A stretch of 57,547 nt of DNA, counting the filler, from Circinaria calcarea (Eukaryota), in NCBI GenBank assembly GCA_051942165.1. It is 4 parts of 4 records of this genome, joined end to end, with 100 filler letters (N's around TTAATTAATTAA, not from the genome) between each part and the next. Parts side by side here need not be neighbours in the genome. Positions count along the whole stretch, not along the records: positions 1 to 14,334 come from JAVECS010000442.1; 3 more parts are not named here. One strand, given 5' to 3'. A program made the position numbers and the translations under genes. Below are positions 1 to 12,708 of the stretch, piece by piece. The notes below the pieces were generated by a model that did no database searches, was not told where the DNA came from, and saw only the letters and a program-made list of their open reading frames with translations. Each line of letters starts with the position of its first letter. Positions within the stretch are counted from its first letter, which is position 1.

Positions 1-3000
1 CCCTCCCACCGCACCGCCGCCAAAAAAGTACCCGTCGAGGAAATCCATTCCGCCCCCCTCGCTCCAATCATGTTCGCTATCGAATCCGAGTGTAAATCCC
101 GGATGCCCGTTATACGTGGCCGTGGTATCCGCCAGTAAAGAATCAATGTCATTGATAAATCCAAAATTATCAAAAGGGACAGCACTATTGCTCAGCAGGC
201 TATCGTTATTCACCGATGAGGGGGCGCCGTAGGATGGTGTCCTGAATGTCGGCGTCAGGGCCGGTCGGCTCGACGTTTGCTGCATGTGGTTCGGAAAGAG
301 ATTCCCCTGTTGCGTCGAGGCTGAAGATTGGGAAGGAAGAGGTGATTGCCATGTACCGATATTGCGGGCGAAACTCCGGTTCTCCGGCTTTTCTTCGGGA
401 AAGAGGTCACGCAGGTTCATGTCGAATTGCGGACGCGGTCTTTGGGGGCGAAAGTAGCCTTGTTCGTTAGGTGTTTGAATGTATACCGGTTGGACGTCAC
501 GGATGGATCCGGTTGTTTGTGTTTGGGTCAGCTTAGGAGGACCGAGGTGGGCTGGACGGGCGCCGAAGCCGGTGGTGGAAAGGCACATCTGGACAGTAGC
601 TTTGCTCATGCGTTCAAAAGCGTCTCGACATGCTTCGGCGGGAGGACATTTGTCGATGAGATCTCCGAGGACAGATGTGGCTGCCAAGACGGTGTAATCT
701 ACCTGCTCAAGGGTCTGTCGATGGTCAGTGAGGGTCCGCAGCAAAAGGACGACCATCATACCAATTGGCTACGAACGGTCGCCGAATGCCAAATGGCGTA
801 AAGGAAGGCGATACCTGCATCCGTTAACCTTGGCACGCCGCACATTCAGGCGATACTTACCCGCCATGAAGAGATGATGGGTTGCGAGAAATGTGTAATT
901 GACCAGGCGCACTCGATGCAATTGGCGATAAAGCTTCAGAACCATCTGTCCGGCTTCGGCAACTTTTAGGAACACATCCTCGTCATCCTCTTGCTCGTCC
1001 GTACTCATCGCCATAGGACTGGCAATCTCGTCGCTTGGACTGACCTCCCCGGCCAACACCGGTGGGACACTCAGGCTTTGCCGGTACAGCATAATCACCG
1101 CCTGCCAGTAATTCAACTCGAGAAATTGAACCGAAAACTGTACCGTGGTATCTTTCTGTGATGGCGCACTCTCCTTCCACTCCCATAATCGGCGATCAAT
1201 ATCCTTGCGCCATGCGCGGAAAGATTCAAATCCATCCAGAAACGGGGACAATAACTTGGTATGCATGTATTCATTAGTACTGTTCCGTCCACTCTCACGC
1301 GCTTGTTGAGCCTGCCGGTACTGTAGCACCTGTAGGATTTCCGACTGAAGAAGGCGGAGACGGAAATAATGGTGTGCCACACGTTTATAACTCGGGTCCC
1401 CATAAGCGTGGGAAGGAGCTGTGAAGCCAGAAGTCGTAATGTGATTGTCATCCAGGATCGATGGGAACTCGGTTGTGATGACCTGGTCTGTGATGCCAAA
1501 TGGCCGCCCCACACATGTACTGACCAGTCGATCGAAAGAGTACACACACCACCAGAGCCTGCGGCGCAGGTCCCTGACCCACTCCCTGCGACCTCGTTCC
1601 TTCGGATCGATTCCGTTCATTTTGGACCAATGAGTGTCTCCTGCCGCCTCCATGGCGACCTCATGACCTCTCGCCGTTCCCGTTCCTTCTCCACCCCATT
1701 CAATTCCTAATCCGTCTTCGTAGTGTAATCCCAAATCGACAGCCAGTCGCATAGCGACGCCAACAATGTACCACAGACCTGGCGCCACCGGGCGTAGCAA
1801 CGCAAAACCGGCCAGCAGCAGGACAGCCTGAAGCTCCTCGAGGCTACCGCCGTACCCTTCCGGTCGATCAGCCGCCGGAGTTGATCCCAGGAAGGACTCT
1901 AGATAGACCATGGCGGATGCGTGATATTCTTCCGGTTGATGTTGTTGTGCTACAACTTTTTGTCTCTTGGCTTTCGGGGAAGCGGGTTCTCTTTTGATTG
2001 GAGAAGTCGATCTTGCGGAAGTGGGTGACGACCCTGTGTCCGGTTCGCCCAGGATGATTCCAGCACCGATAGCAAATACAATGTTCAGCAAATACAACTC
2101 CCGTGGCCCCCGCTTCCTTTCCTCGGAGGCATACGCCCTATCAAATAACGACATGAACTCCCCACGGTGCAGGATGGGTATTTGTGGATTGGCATGCTCA
2201 AAATAAAGCTTGGCCAAGCGTGCGCCCAAGTCCCTGTCCGGAAATGGAGCGGGCTTGATTGTAGATTTGGATTGTAAACCGAAAAAAGAATCTCGCATGG
2301 ATGTGCCAGTCGTAGCCGCGACACCCATAGGTACAGGCTTACTCGGTCGAACACCCGTCCGATCGGATGAGCCACTCGAGATAGAGGATCGAACAGCTGC
2401 AAAGACCACCCTTGCAAAGGATATGCCAGACGTGGATCCCAGATAACGTGCGTCCGAGGCGCCCTGCACTGACACCATGCCGATATTCGAGACGAGCTTA
2501 TTCAGCCGGTTGGCTTCCTCCTGCTTCTCGTCCCACGGATCGCTGCCAAGAGCCGACCCATTTCTGGTCGAGTTGTGTGCGTGCCGGACGGCTCTGGGAT
2601 AGCTGGTCGTTATCCGCTCAGACTCGGGGGAATGACCCAAGGATGAGCTGAGGGACGGCTTCGCCACCACGTCGAAATCCTCTGGCGGCGCATATGCGAT
2701 CCCACGATCATCGAGAATAGACTGAAGGTGCTTGACCCGACTCTCGAGGTAGAAGACGTAGGCCCGCGGTATCTCTCTTTTCGTGATCGGATCGTATCCC
2801 ACACATTTGACATGGGCCTTTTCGCACGAGGCGCATGCGGGCAGATTCTGGTCGCATCGGTTTTTGCGTAGCCTACATCGATTGCATGCGGATACGTTGC
2901 GAAAAGAGGAGGCGGAGGATGCGGAAGAGGAAGGGGACGCCGAGTGAGCCGTCGAAGTCGCTGTTGTCAGCGATGTCTCGCTGGCAGAAGGTGGAGGTGG

Positions 3001-3192
3001 AGGTGGAGGTATAGGGAGCGGGAGTGCGACAGGTTTATTGATGAACCGCAATTCTTCTGTGACTGCGGCCGACTCAGAGCTCGGGCCTGGACTTGGGCTT
3101 GGGTTTGGGTTTGGGTTTGGGCCCGGGGATTGCCGAGGACGCTTATTGCCGGGCATCGAGGGGACGGTGGAGGAAGGGGAGGGGGAAATCAT
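1..3192 (-). CDS. Zn(II)2Cys6 transcription factor, UaY/PPR1-like (purine/pyrimidine utilisation regulator); 3' end runs off the window
   Basis: ACNRCRLRKNRCDQNLPACASCEKAHVKC binuclear cluster; YLGSTSGISFARVVFAAV and Fungal_trans-type RRRLWWCVYSFDRLVSTCVGRP motifs; introns near 815-860 and 702-760 extend the CDS leftwards. Confidence 0.9.
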
Positions 3193-3840
3193 CGAGGACG
3201 GCTACGGTTCGGCGGCAGCGCATATTGGGAAAAAGGTCGTAGCTCTGGAAAGTTGGAGTGAAAAATTGGGATCGGGGGCCCTGCCATCTGAGAGCTCGCA
3301 AGAGAAACGCCAAAGGCACCACACAATAATGTACCGAGTAGTGGCAGGAAGTAGTGTCATTGGCCCAGAAGCCATCGTGCGAGCCTTATCTTATCGCCTT
3401 ACCTCATCTCAATGGCTTCCCACGTGCCGTCCATGTCTCAAGGAATGCTCGACTCGACAACGACAGCATCATCTTCGACTGCTCTTGCCGACCAGATAGG
3501 ACCGAGACTAGAAATCATATTCGTAAAAGGCCTTCTCGATACAGAGCCAATCAAATCATCCCCGCCAAGCAACTCGACCGAATTACAATTGGTATAGTCA
3601 ATGCAAAACTCCACCCGCTCCCGGTCCCATCCAAGTACGCCCGGCAGCTGCAGGCTATCCAAGCTTGCCAGTGTATACCACATGTATTCCTCCGGGCCCA
3701 ACTCCCTTTTCTGCCATGCAGGATCTATGCGCCTGTCTCGTTTCCGCCACGGTCACTTGGAGAAAGCCCATGTCGCTGCAGATATTCGTCAACGTCGTCA
3801 AAACTCGCCCGGTGGTCTCATTTTTTACATGCAAAGGCAT

Positions 3841-5943
3841 TCACCGCAATTCCTCCGACTCGTCGCATATTAGTGTAGCCCCCACTCTAGAGTTACTCCT
3901 CGGGAGGCCGGCAAATGATTCGCTGTTTCTCCTGACCGCGCTGATAGCGACATCAATAACAAGTGTCTCGATGTAGGCTTCGTTGAGTGATGATTCCTCA
4001 TCAACCAAAGCAAAAGAGTCCATCCGCCCTTCAACCTCCTCGAGCCAGAAACTCTCGACAGCACCCAAGATGCATATGATGCCGCTAGCCCACCAAGCCA
4101 AGCCAGCATATCCCATTCCGAGACCCCACGAATTGATTACTCCAGATACGGTGGGACCAAAGGCTCGGCTGAGACTTGCCGACGACGCCGCGATCCCATT
4201 GATAGCTCCTAGGACCAGCAGTGACGGAGCGGAGTTGGTCAGTAGAATCGCGTTCGACGGATAGGCGAGGACTTGAGCTGTAATCCTCCATAAAAAGCAA
4301 AAGGAGAGGCCGACCATCTGGAAACGTTTGGGCAGTAAGACAGTATATGGCACGATGAAGTAGAGCAGCGGCCATGAGATCACGACAAAGCGGAAGGTGT
4401 TCAGGCTACCGAAACGTCTGACAACAAACGGAAAGAGGAAGATCTGTGCCATCATTGAATACACTCCCTGAATGGAGAACATGAGGCCAATCAGCTTAGC
4501 AGGGAGCGCAAAGCCCCCTGTAAATTTAAAAGGCAGTGACGGAGGTTCATGGGAGACCTTTTGACTCAAAAAGAGTGGCATCAGTTGATCAAATGCCATG
4601 GTATGACTGTTTCAGATCAGCTTCAGAGTCTTACCACGCTTGAGCTTCACTGTGCCAGAGTACTTACTAGGCCAAAATACCATAACCAACAATGTTCAGG
4701 ACAACTTGTTTCGTGAATGCCTTCTGCATCCCCATCGGTCTACTGGTTCGTTCTAGTTTATGAAAAGATGAGTCGGGGGATTCTGCTCGAGATGACGGAT
4801 GTCGAGGAGAACCGTCTGTTGTCCGGTATCCCGGAGGTAAATCGTCTTCGAGTAGCGATCGAGACTCGTCCATATTCGCATCGGCGGCTTTGTCGAACTC
4901 TTGAGCGTAGGCTGGGCTCCTTTTAAAGTGGGAGAGAATCCACCTTCCAGCTTCAAGACCGACGTCCCGTCTATCTTTCAACTCTACATGCGTTTCCTCC
5001 AAGAAGAGGATACCAATGACCACGCCGCAAGCAAGGATAACGGCGCAGACCAGATTCGGGAGTAAAAAGGGATACCTGTCGAAAATGGTGTTGGGGGCAA
5101 ATAGGGTTGGGTAGCTGATGCAGGGCTGCGCCAAGGCACCACCTAATGCCGGACCTAAAATAGACCTATGGTACTCAGCGGTCAATTGCGTGTACGGTTT
5201 TACGGGATATGTCTTAATCTTACCCAAGGCACCAGACAAAGGGCATGATGGAATACGCGCGAGCTAGTTTGATTAGCTCCTTTTCCGTTTCGGCTACGAC
5301 AAACGGTCTCACGTTGATGCTCTTTCTCCGTGATCATCTCTGCCACTGTTGTTTGAAGGACGCCGATGTTTCTGCACAGATCAAGGTCAGTCTGCGGCTC
5401 CGCGCAATGAAGGACTGTGTTGCATCATACCCATTCAGCAGTCCTCCTAACGCGCGTCCAAGAAGAGCCACGAATAGGTTTGGCGCAAACCCGAAGATCA
5501 TCATGCTGAGGCCCGTCCCGGCCAATCCTCCAAGAAGCACCGGCTTCCTCCCAATCCTATCGCTGAACCTTCCCCAGACGACTCCCGTCGAAAATTCCGC
5601 AAAGGCAAAGGCTGATGTCACCATGCCAGCATATATCGATATTTTATCGTGGTTGGTGGTGATCTTGAACGACTCGATCATGTAGTAGATGTATGGGAAG
5701 ATCGACATGAAGGCGATGGGCTCGCAGATTCGACATAATGCTACCAAGTTCGCACCCCGCGTCAGTCTTGTTCCAATTGGCTGACTTCTTTACCTTCTCG
5801 CTACATTCGGCAGTTTTGCTCCATACCAAAAATTTCGGATGTAGCAACGTACCTAGAACAAAGAGCTGCTGGACTGGGAAAGGAGCAATACCATTGCGGC
5901 CGGGGGGAGGACGGCCGCGGGGGATCGACAACGAGGCAGCCAT
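3841..5943 (-). CDS. MFS transporter (DHA1-like, multi-exon)
   Basis: FPVQQLFVL, ICEPIAFMSIFPY, WGRFSDRIGRKPVLL (MFS motif A), LGPALGG, SLSRAFGP; several GT..AG introns. Confidence 0.9.
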
Positions 5944-6248
5944 TGTAGCGTGGGGTGCTGACAGACGAAGGAAAGCTTCGAAGCGTGGCAAAGTCCACGG
6001 TCTCGTATGAGGGTCTTGGACAAGAGATTTATGTAGTCTGCTGGATTCGCTGCAGGGTGTGTTCTGACATCCACCTCGCCGGGATGGTGATGCGGATATC
6101 AGGGTCAAGGTTCCGAGCGGTACGAGGCATCTAATGCACGAAATCTGACGTGAAGTAATTGGTGATGATCTTGAAACCGTGCAACACGAGGCGTTAGGCT
6201 AAATGCATCGTCGATGGCTTGAAAGTGCTGTAGGAAAGAGGTGTTAGG

Positions 6249-6276
6249 GAGAGAGAGAGAGTGTGTGTGTGTGTGT
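6249..6276. repeat. Compound microsatellite (GA)6(GT)8
   Basis: gagagagagagagtgtgtgtgtgtgtgt read directly. Confidence 0.95.
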
Positions 6277-9200
6277 GGAAGATAAGGCGGACGGTTTGGG
6301 ATCCACCCACCAAGTGACACGGGGAAGACGGAGAAGAAGAAAACCGCATGTGCCGTGTACGGATAGTGGCAGGAGTTCCTCTGAGAATTCCCAGGCGTAA
6401 CTTTCTGTGGGCGCCGGCACCAAAGCCAGAGCCAAAGCGTCTGATAGCCCATGACTTGTCCCCGCAAGCGAAAATGAATTATGACAGTATCTGACGATGA
6501 TGTGGTCAAGGGGGGGGGGGGAGAGCGCTCTAGTCGGGCATCGAAGCCAGCTAACTAGCCTTCTTCTTCGCATTGATCAGGTAGATTTAGTGTTGGCAGT
6601 GGCATTCATCCCCACGGCAGCAGATGCCCATTGCATCCCTGGGAGACTCGAGAGGGATCAAGGCCAAGTCGATGGAAATCCATGTCTAGGGGCTCCATCA
6701 TGGCTTCCCCCCTCCCCTCATGATCAATTTTAGTAATAATGGGTCCAGCACTTAGGCAAAATACTATCGGAGCGGAGACGGCTTCATGGTGCAGATAGAC
6801 CCCTTGCCTTGGTACTCCCCCCTCATGAGCCATGGGGTCAGGACGAAGGGGAGTGGATAGGAACGGGGGGGTACGAGTGCAACCCTTTGAGGCCAAGAGA
6901 AGGGCAGTAAACGGCGTGAAGTTTGATGAGACGTCCAATGCCATTACTGTAGCCTCTTCCCGAGAAGCCGGCACGTCCCCCTGGTCACCACTGCCATTCG
7001 GTACTACCTGGTAAGAGGCTAAGTAAGAGCGCATTGCCCAGCACTTTAAAATGGATGCTTATGCCGGAACCGACCTAGCGGATCTCACTCAGCAGATGAA
7101 ACAATTCCGCCTCAGAAGATCGTGCCAAGATCATCCATGCGTCACATCGATTCATTCAGCGCAGCCTACAAAGGCAAACTTCGCGAATGGTGTCGGCCTT
7201 CACGACATGTCCTTCCAACGCCCTGCCCGGGGCGCACGGTGGATCCACAAATATCGGTGTGAGGCTCCCTCCAGTTGACGGGGAAGAGGGAGGACAAGGT
7301 TTGATTGGCTCAGGAGACAAAGGGCGGTGTATGGCGGTGAGGGAAATGCTCTGATCTCATCATTCTTCTAGCACCCAATTTACCAAAGTATCGTTGGCGA
7401 TAGACGCTGAGAGTGGAGGCTAACTGACGTCCTCGCCCATCTGCGAGAACTGCCTCGACTCCCTCCTCGACTCCCCGGGAAATTCTCTTTGCCTCGCCAG
7501 GTGGAGATCTAATTTGACACGGCCAGAACTCGTGGAACCCGCAGCGGAGATCGTCTCCCCTGGGGAAGCACGAACGCGTTCCGGCACGAAGACGGTCAGG
7601 AGTCTCTGACGAGCCGTTAGAAGTACCGGTACCACTCGATTCCTTAGTCAGATGAAGGAGGGCTAATGGAAGAAATCTAATTGAGCCGGTGTGTATAGTG
7701 GCTGATGGGACAGGGACAGGCGATCCCTTAGCCTCGTGAGATATGGTTTCCCGCATTTTCTTTGCATTCGTTGGGCGCCACCAATAAGAGGGCCTGACCG
7801 GACGCCGGTCCCTTGTCAGATTCCATGTGCCCCCAAGCCCCCAAAACCAGTACCACGCGGCAGGCTGACAGCGGCAAGGAATCTTCGCATGGTACCTCGC
7901 CCAAGACCTTAATTTGACGGACCGGATTTTATCCTGTCCTGGGGGCCGACTACTGCACGATTTCCCAGGCAAATGCCGATTGAGTGCCTCGTTGCGACGA
8001 GCCTACGACAGCCCCGCGGCGATATGGTAGTCGGACAGGTAATGTGGTACTTGTGACTTATCGAGAGTCATCCCTTACGCTTCGCTCGATACAATAAAAT
8101 TGCTCAACCTGCCCGGGAGGTTTCGGCGGCACGGGAGGCATGGCCGCTGGTCCCAATGCGATTTTGCATAGAATTTTGCCTAGCACAGAGGGGGCTAGGA
8201 TATCATCGGTCTAGACTATTAATCGTCCACTATCCTGCTGGGTAAACATATCTGTCTCTTGCAAGACCGTGATCGGAGTGCGATGCGTACGATACCATGG
8301 AGAAGAACATGATATGTTGGTTGTTTTGTTGTTCCTATCCGGTGATCCGTCTCATGTTACACAGTGCCTGACAGGGCACCAGGATCTCAAGCCACGCAGC
8401 ATAGAACCTGTTAGTCGGGCGTGATCGACAGCATATCGCATGCCACTAAGCGTTTGTGGCAGCATAAACCGTCGAGCCGGGCTCTTACGACATATCCCTC
8501 TGCAGGCTACTCCTAGGTACAGGGACAGCTATGTCAGAACGTTGGGCTTTCCGCCGGAGGTGGTGGAACGATGCAAATGGGAACATCCGGTCGGCGATGC
8601 CAGTAATACGAATTACTCCGTAGGTATCACTTTGTAAGATTCGCTACACAAGGCTCAACTTTTGGAGCAGTGGATACTCACACCGCCAGTTCGGAGGCTG
8701 AATTTGTCCATTTCCATCCTCAATAGGATTCTTCTAGTACTTACCTCGAGCACTTTAGCTTTACTCGGGCAGCTATCGCAGAAATTAGGAATGAATCAAC
8801 GAATAGGTGATTGATCCGCTACAGTCATGCGGTTTTCAGTTGGGCATTTGGGCAGTACATGCAGATGAATTGTCTTACCCCTACTGCCTGAAAATCCCCG
8901 AGATCACGCAGCATCCTGCGGTGTGACGCACACAGATGGTCGACTTTTATTCGGTTTGCAAATTTCTACCTTTACTTATTCAAGAACAATATTGCATTCG
9001 AACTATCAGAACCGACAGTCCTCCGTTGAGCCCCATCGAGAATTTTCGCCATCCTTGTAGCATTGACGAATATGGAAACCTACGGATGTAGGTGTTGAAA
9101 GGCAAGGAGTTGTTCGATTCGACGGGCCCAACATTAGCGAGATCGCCTTGATCGCTATGCAAGGAGCTGTTGTCAAGAGGCATAGTTTGGGACGGAGAGC

Positions 9201-10449
9201 CTCCTCCTGGCGGACCGTTGCACGACAGCATCTACACTTGGGAGGAAGCGCTATCTTGCGGTGAGACCGAATCCTCAACAATTGCCCGATAGGATGATAA
9301 AGTTATCACGATGTTTTGTATTACCGCTACGCCTATTTGATAAGCTAGGCTTTTCAGTAGTACCTACAACCCAACCTCATGATTGTTGAAGCTTTCAACA
9401 CCCAGCGGCCGTCCATTCATTCTACAAACACGTTTGCCATTGGAATTTCTGAACGGCAGCAATCGCAGCTGCTAATGGTGAAGTCATGGGTCCTTGTGGC
9501 GTGGCATTCACGGTTGATGTATCAATCTCCTGCATTCTCCACAATTTCTGCTGTACATGTACCATTTTCCATGATGAATTCCATCTAACTTTACCAAGGG
9601 GTACCATGTTTGCTTCAATCCTTTTATATCATTCGCTTCTCTTTCCGTTCCACTCTCCAATCAATTTTGGCTGCATCACAGTTAAATAACGGGACCCTAC
9701 CTTTCCGTGATACTTCTGTAAGCGCCGCGAATCTTTAGTCCTCTCTTCTGTTATCCATCCTAACACCTTGAACAAAACCGGGTCTATAGAACATCTCCTA
9801 GTTGGACTGTCGAGCATAAGCAAGGTATGGAGTGCCACCTCACACCGCCAGGCTTGTACATGCTGTAAGCTCCGGAACGTATTATGCATCCGGAAGAGAG
9901 GAAGCATTTTCATCACCCGAAACAGGTTTTGTCTTCTGTAGTGTATGGTAGAGTTTTGAGTAGTAACAAAAGGCACCGACTCAAATATCGCCCGGTCGGA
10001 AATATGGCATACAGGCATTACAGACAAAGCTTTGATATTTTGCGACAGCAAAAAGCTTTAAGAATAGTTTCTATACGGGAATCAATTTATCCACCCTATA
10101 CAGATCTTTATACAACCCCCTCACGCCCCTCTACCGCCATCTCTCATCGTCAATATCGTCAACTCTTGACACGCGTCCATCATAGCTCCCTACCTCAGAG
10201 CTCTGTCCCATTTGCGATATCTAACATCTGCTGCTACTAGTTTATATGATGCAATAATAATTGGGAGGTCTAGCTAAATTTTGTTGTGGTCGGAGAATGT
10301 TAGGCAGGCGCAGAATAACTGTACTCCCATCCATATCCTGTTCCGGAGTCTAGCTTTACGTAGCTCCAATGTTATTAACAACGGAGCTATGTTATGCTAG
10401 TGGGACCACTTCTGACCAATACGGAGGCGCAGATTTTGGGCCAGCATGG

Positions 10450-10608
10450 TACTGTGGTCGGAAGGGAAAATAGCGTTTGCTCGGCGCTAAAATTATTAAA
10501 TTTTATGGTTATTTGACAGATCTTACTGGTAGATAGAGAGGTTCTAACTGCATTAAATGCTGATCTATTAATGCCACGCTAACGCTATTTTCCCTTCCGA
10601 CCACAGTA
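10450..10608. mobile_element. MITE, Tc1/mariner-type (26-bp perfect TIRs, TA target-site duplication)
   Basis: TA-ctgtggtcggaagggaaaatagcgtt (10452-10477) ... aacgctattttcccttccgaccacag (10581-10606)-TA; AT-rich non-coding interior. Confidence 0.85.
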
Positions 10609-11476
10609 TGCCTGTCACTTAGGTCTTCCCACATCAGGCTTAAGGTGTCGGTGCCGGCCTTCCGTACACAACACACCTCTTACAGAATTTTGCTAAACCT
10701 CCCAAATAAATTGTCCTCTCTTAGACATGCGGGATGAGCATTGAGTTGCTAGTTCGTTGCCTAAACGATACCGAAGCCTCCAATAGTGCAGCTGGTGCAG
10801 TGTGAGCACTGTCAAGTGTGCACGGAATCGATAGTTCTCTGCACTGCCAGTGCGTACTGATTTACTAGGTGGAGATTAGTGGTTGGGAAAATTTAAAATT
10901 TAATGTTTCTGGACCCTGAAATTAGGCCGGATTAGGTATGTTTCAAATATATATGGAATGGTTCTATGCAAACGGAGCGGCACACTCACCCCCCGCTTCG
11001 CCAAAGCGGGGTAAGAAGAATGAATAGCAGACGGAGGCCCTCAATTCTTTCTGCTTTCTGCATTGCTATTATTCTTCGCATATGCTCGCCGCCGCCAAAC
11101 TGCATTACCCACCCTCCACTCCCTATGTATATAGTCACTTCAATGTGTACGTAACGGCCATTTAGTAAGGAATCCCTTCTGCATACGGGCCGAACCCCTA
11201 TCAGAACCCTCCCGGGGGCCTCCATTTTCTACGAAAATCGGCAGGTGGCGATTCCTTATTAATATGCCTATGCCCAAATATCAATACTTGACCCCCCCCC
11301 CCCTCACTAGTCTACGAACGTAATAGTGAAAGTGCATAGATCGTGTAATTTATCGAAACGCCACACCTAAAAAGGTCGGGATGATTAAATACAATTTTAG
11401 CGCCGTATCAATTTCCCAAGCTTCAATTTTAGTAACATACTAAAGTACGATTCTCCTTCCCGCCACGCACCAACAA

Positions 11477-11880
11477 CTCTCCTCCTTCCGCGCACCGAGT
11501 CCGGAAGCACAGGCTACAGGCGAGATGTTACAGACCATAGTAAAGACGGATTATGGTACCACTACAAAGGTACTGTGAGCTGGAATGGAAGTTTGGAGTT
11601 TTCTACGCTATTTATATGAAGCCTTGGCTGCACTAGAGGCATTAACGATACTTTTGGCCTACCAAACACGGTGAGAAGCTATCGCTTATTGGATACCGAC
11701 CCCTTCAAGCTGAGCTTGTTGTCTTCTAAGGGAGTGGGTTTTTTAGTGCGGCGGATCGATGGAGCATTCATACTAAACGACGGTGGCGATCTAGAAAGTT
11801 TTCTCAATCAGACAAACCTTCCCATCGTCATCCTCATTCTCGTTCCAAAATCGAGCCTCCCACCCAGATCCCTTATTTAA
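11477..11880 (+). pseudogene. Degenerate coding relic of an unknown multicopy family
   Basis: Single reading frame LLLPRTESGSTGYRRDVTDHSKDGLWYHYKG... with one internal TGA; its first ~77 nt are homologous to 56476-56552. Confidence 0.45.
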
Positions 11881-12708
11881 TAGTCCTGGAACCGGAGGTG
11901 CTGTCGTCACGCTTGTAGGATAACCCTTTCAATATATATCAGCCATCCCACTCTTTAGACCTCCTCGCCCGCATCCGCTCCCCACCAACCCTTTCCCCTC
12001 AGAAACATCCCTCCCCACTCTGTCCCACTCACCTTCCTAGACATATCTCGCCAACCCCCCCCCGTACCCTCACTGGCCTCATCTTCCCTTGCTGTTGTCG
12101 AATAGCATGGCAGAGATTTCTGTTTTCCTCCTCGCCTAATCCTGCAATCTCCACTGCGGCTACGCCAATGCAGCCGTATCTCGGAGTAGACGTGTGGGTT
12201 AGAGGGTAAGAGGGAACGGAGGGAGTGGGATGAGGGTGAGTCTACTTGGTGAGATTGGGGTTTATCCCCGGGGGTTCTTTTCAGGTTTTCGGTTGGAGGG
12301 GTTAAGGTAGGGGATGGGGAGAGTATCCCGTATCAGTCTATCTTAAGTGATGGATGTACCAACCCCGAGTTTATGACAATCGGTCCCGTATAGTCACCTT
12401 TATGGCCAGACGCTGGAAGTTCCTTTACAAAGCTCTCCTAGCGCTGCTTTTGAAAAGGCCCGAAAGAGAGTCCCGGTTTACTTTCCTATTTGGCAACTCC
12501 CATGATGATATCATCCCCTGATAGGAACCCCCGATGTTGGATTGCTAATCAGTCCAATGACTCCCCGCTCGTGGCTCATCCACCGGAATGTTTAGGTGGA
12601 CCACACTTGCAGCTCTGTTCCTCGATGCTTATGGGAAGGTACATGGCACTTTCTAGAAGGACTTCTCGCCAGTGAGCAAGCAAGCAAAACGATCAGTGTT
12701 TGGAGGAA

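Noticed and set aside
3080..3128. (GGGTTT)n telomere-like or G-quadruplex-like run
   Set aside because: Explained as coding for the PNPNPNPSPSPGP tract of the Zn2Cys6 factor on the minus strand
7310..7972. 220-aa minus-strand ORF
   Set aside because: Non-ATG start, no recognisable motif, composition like random intergenic sequence
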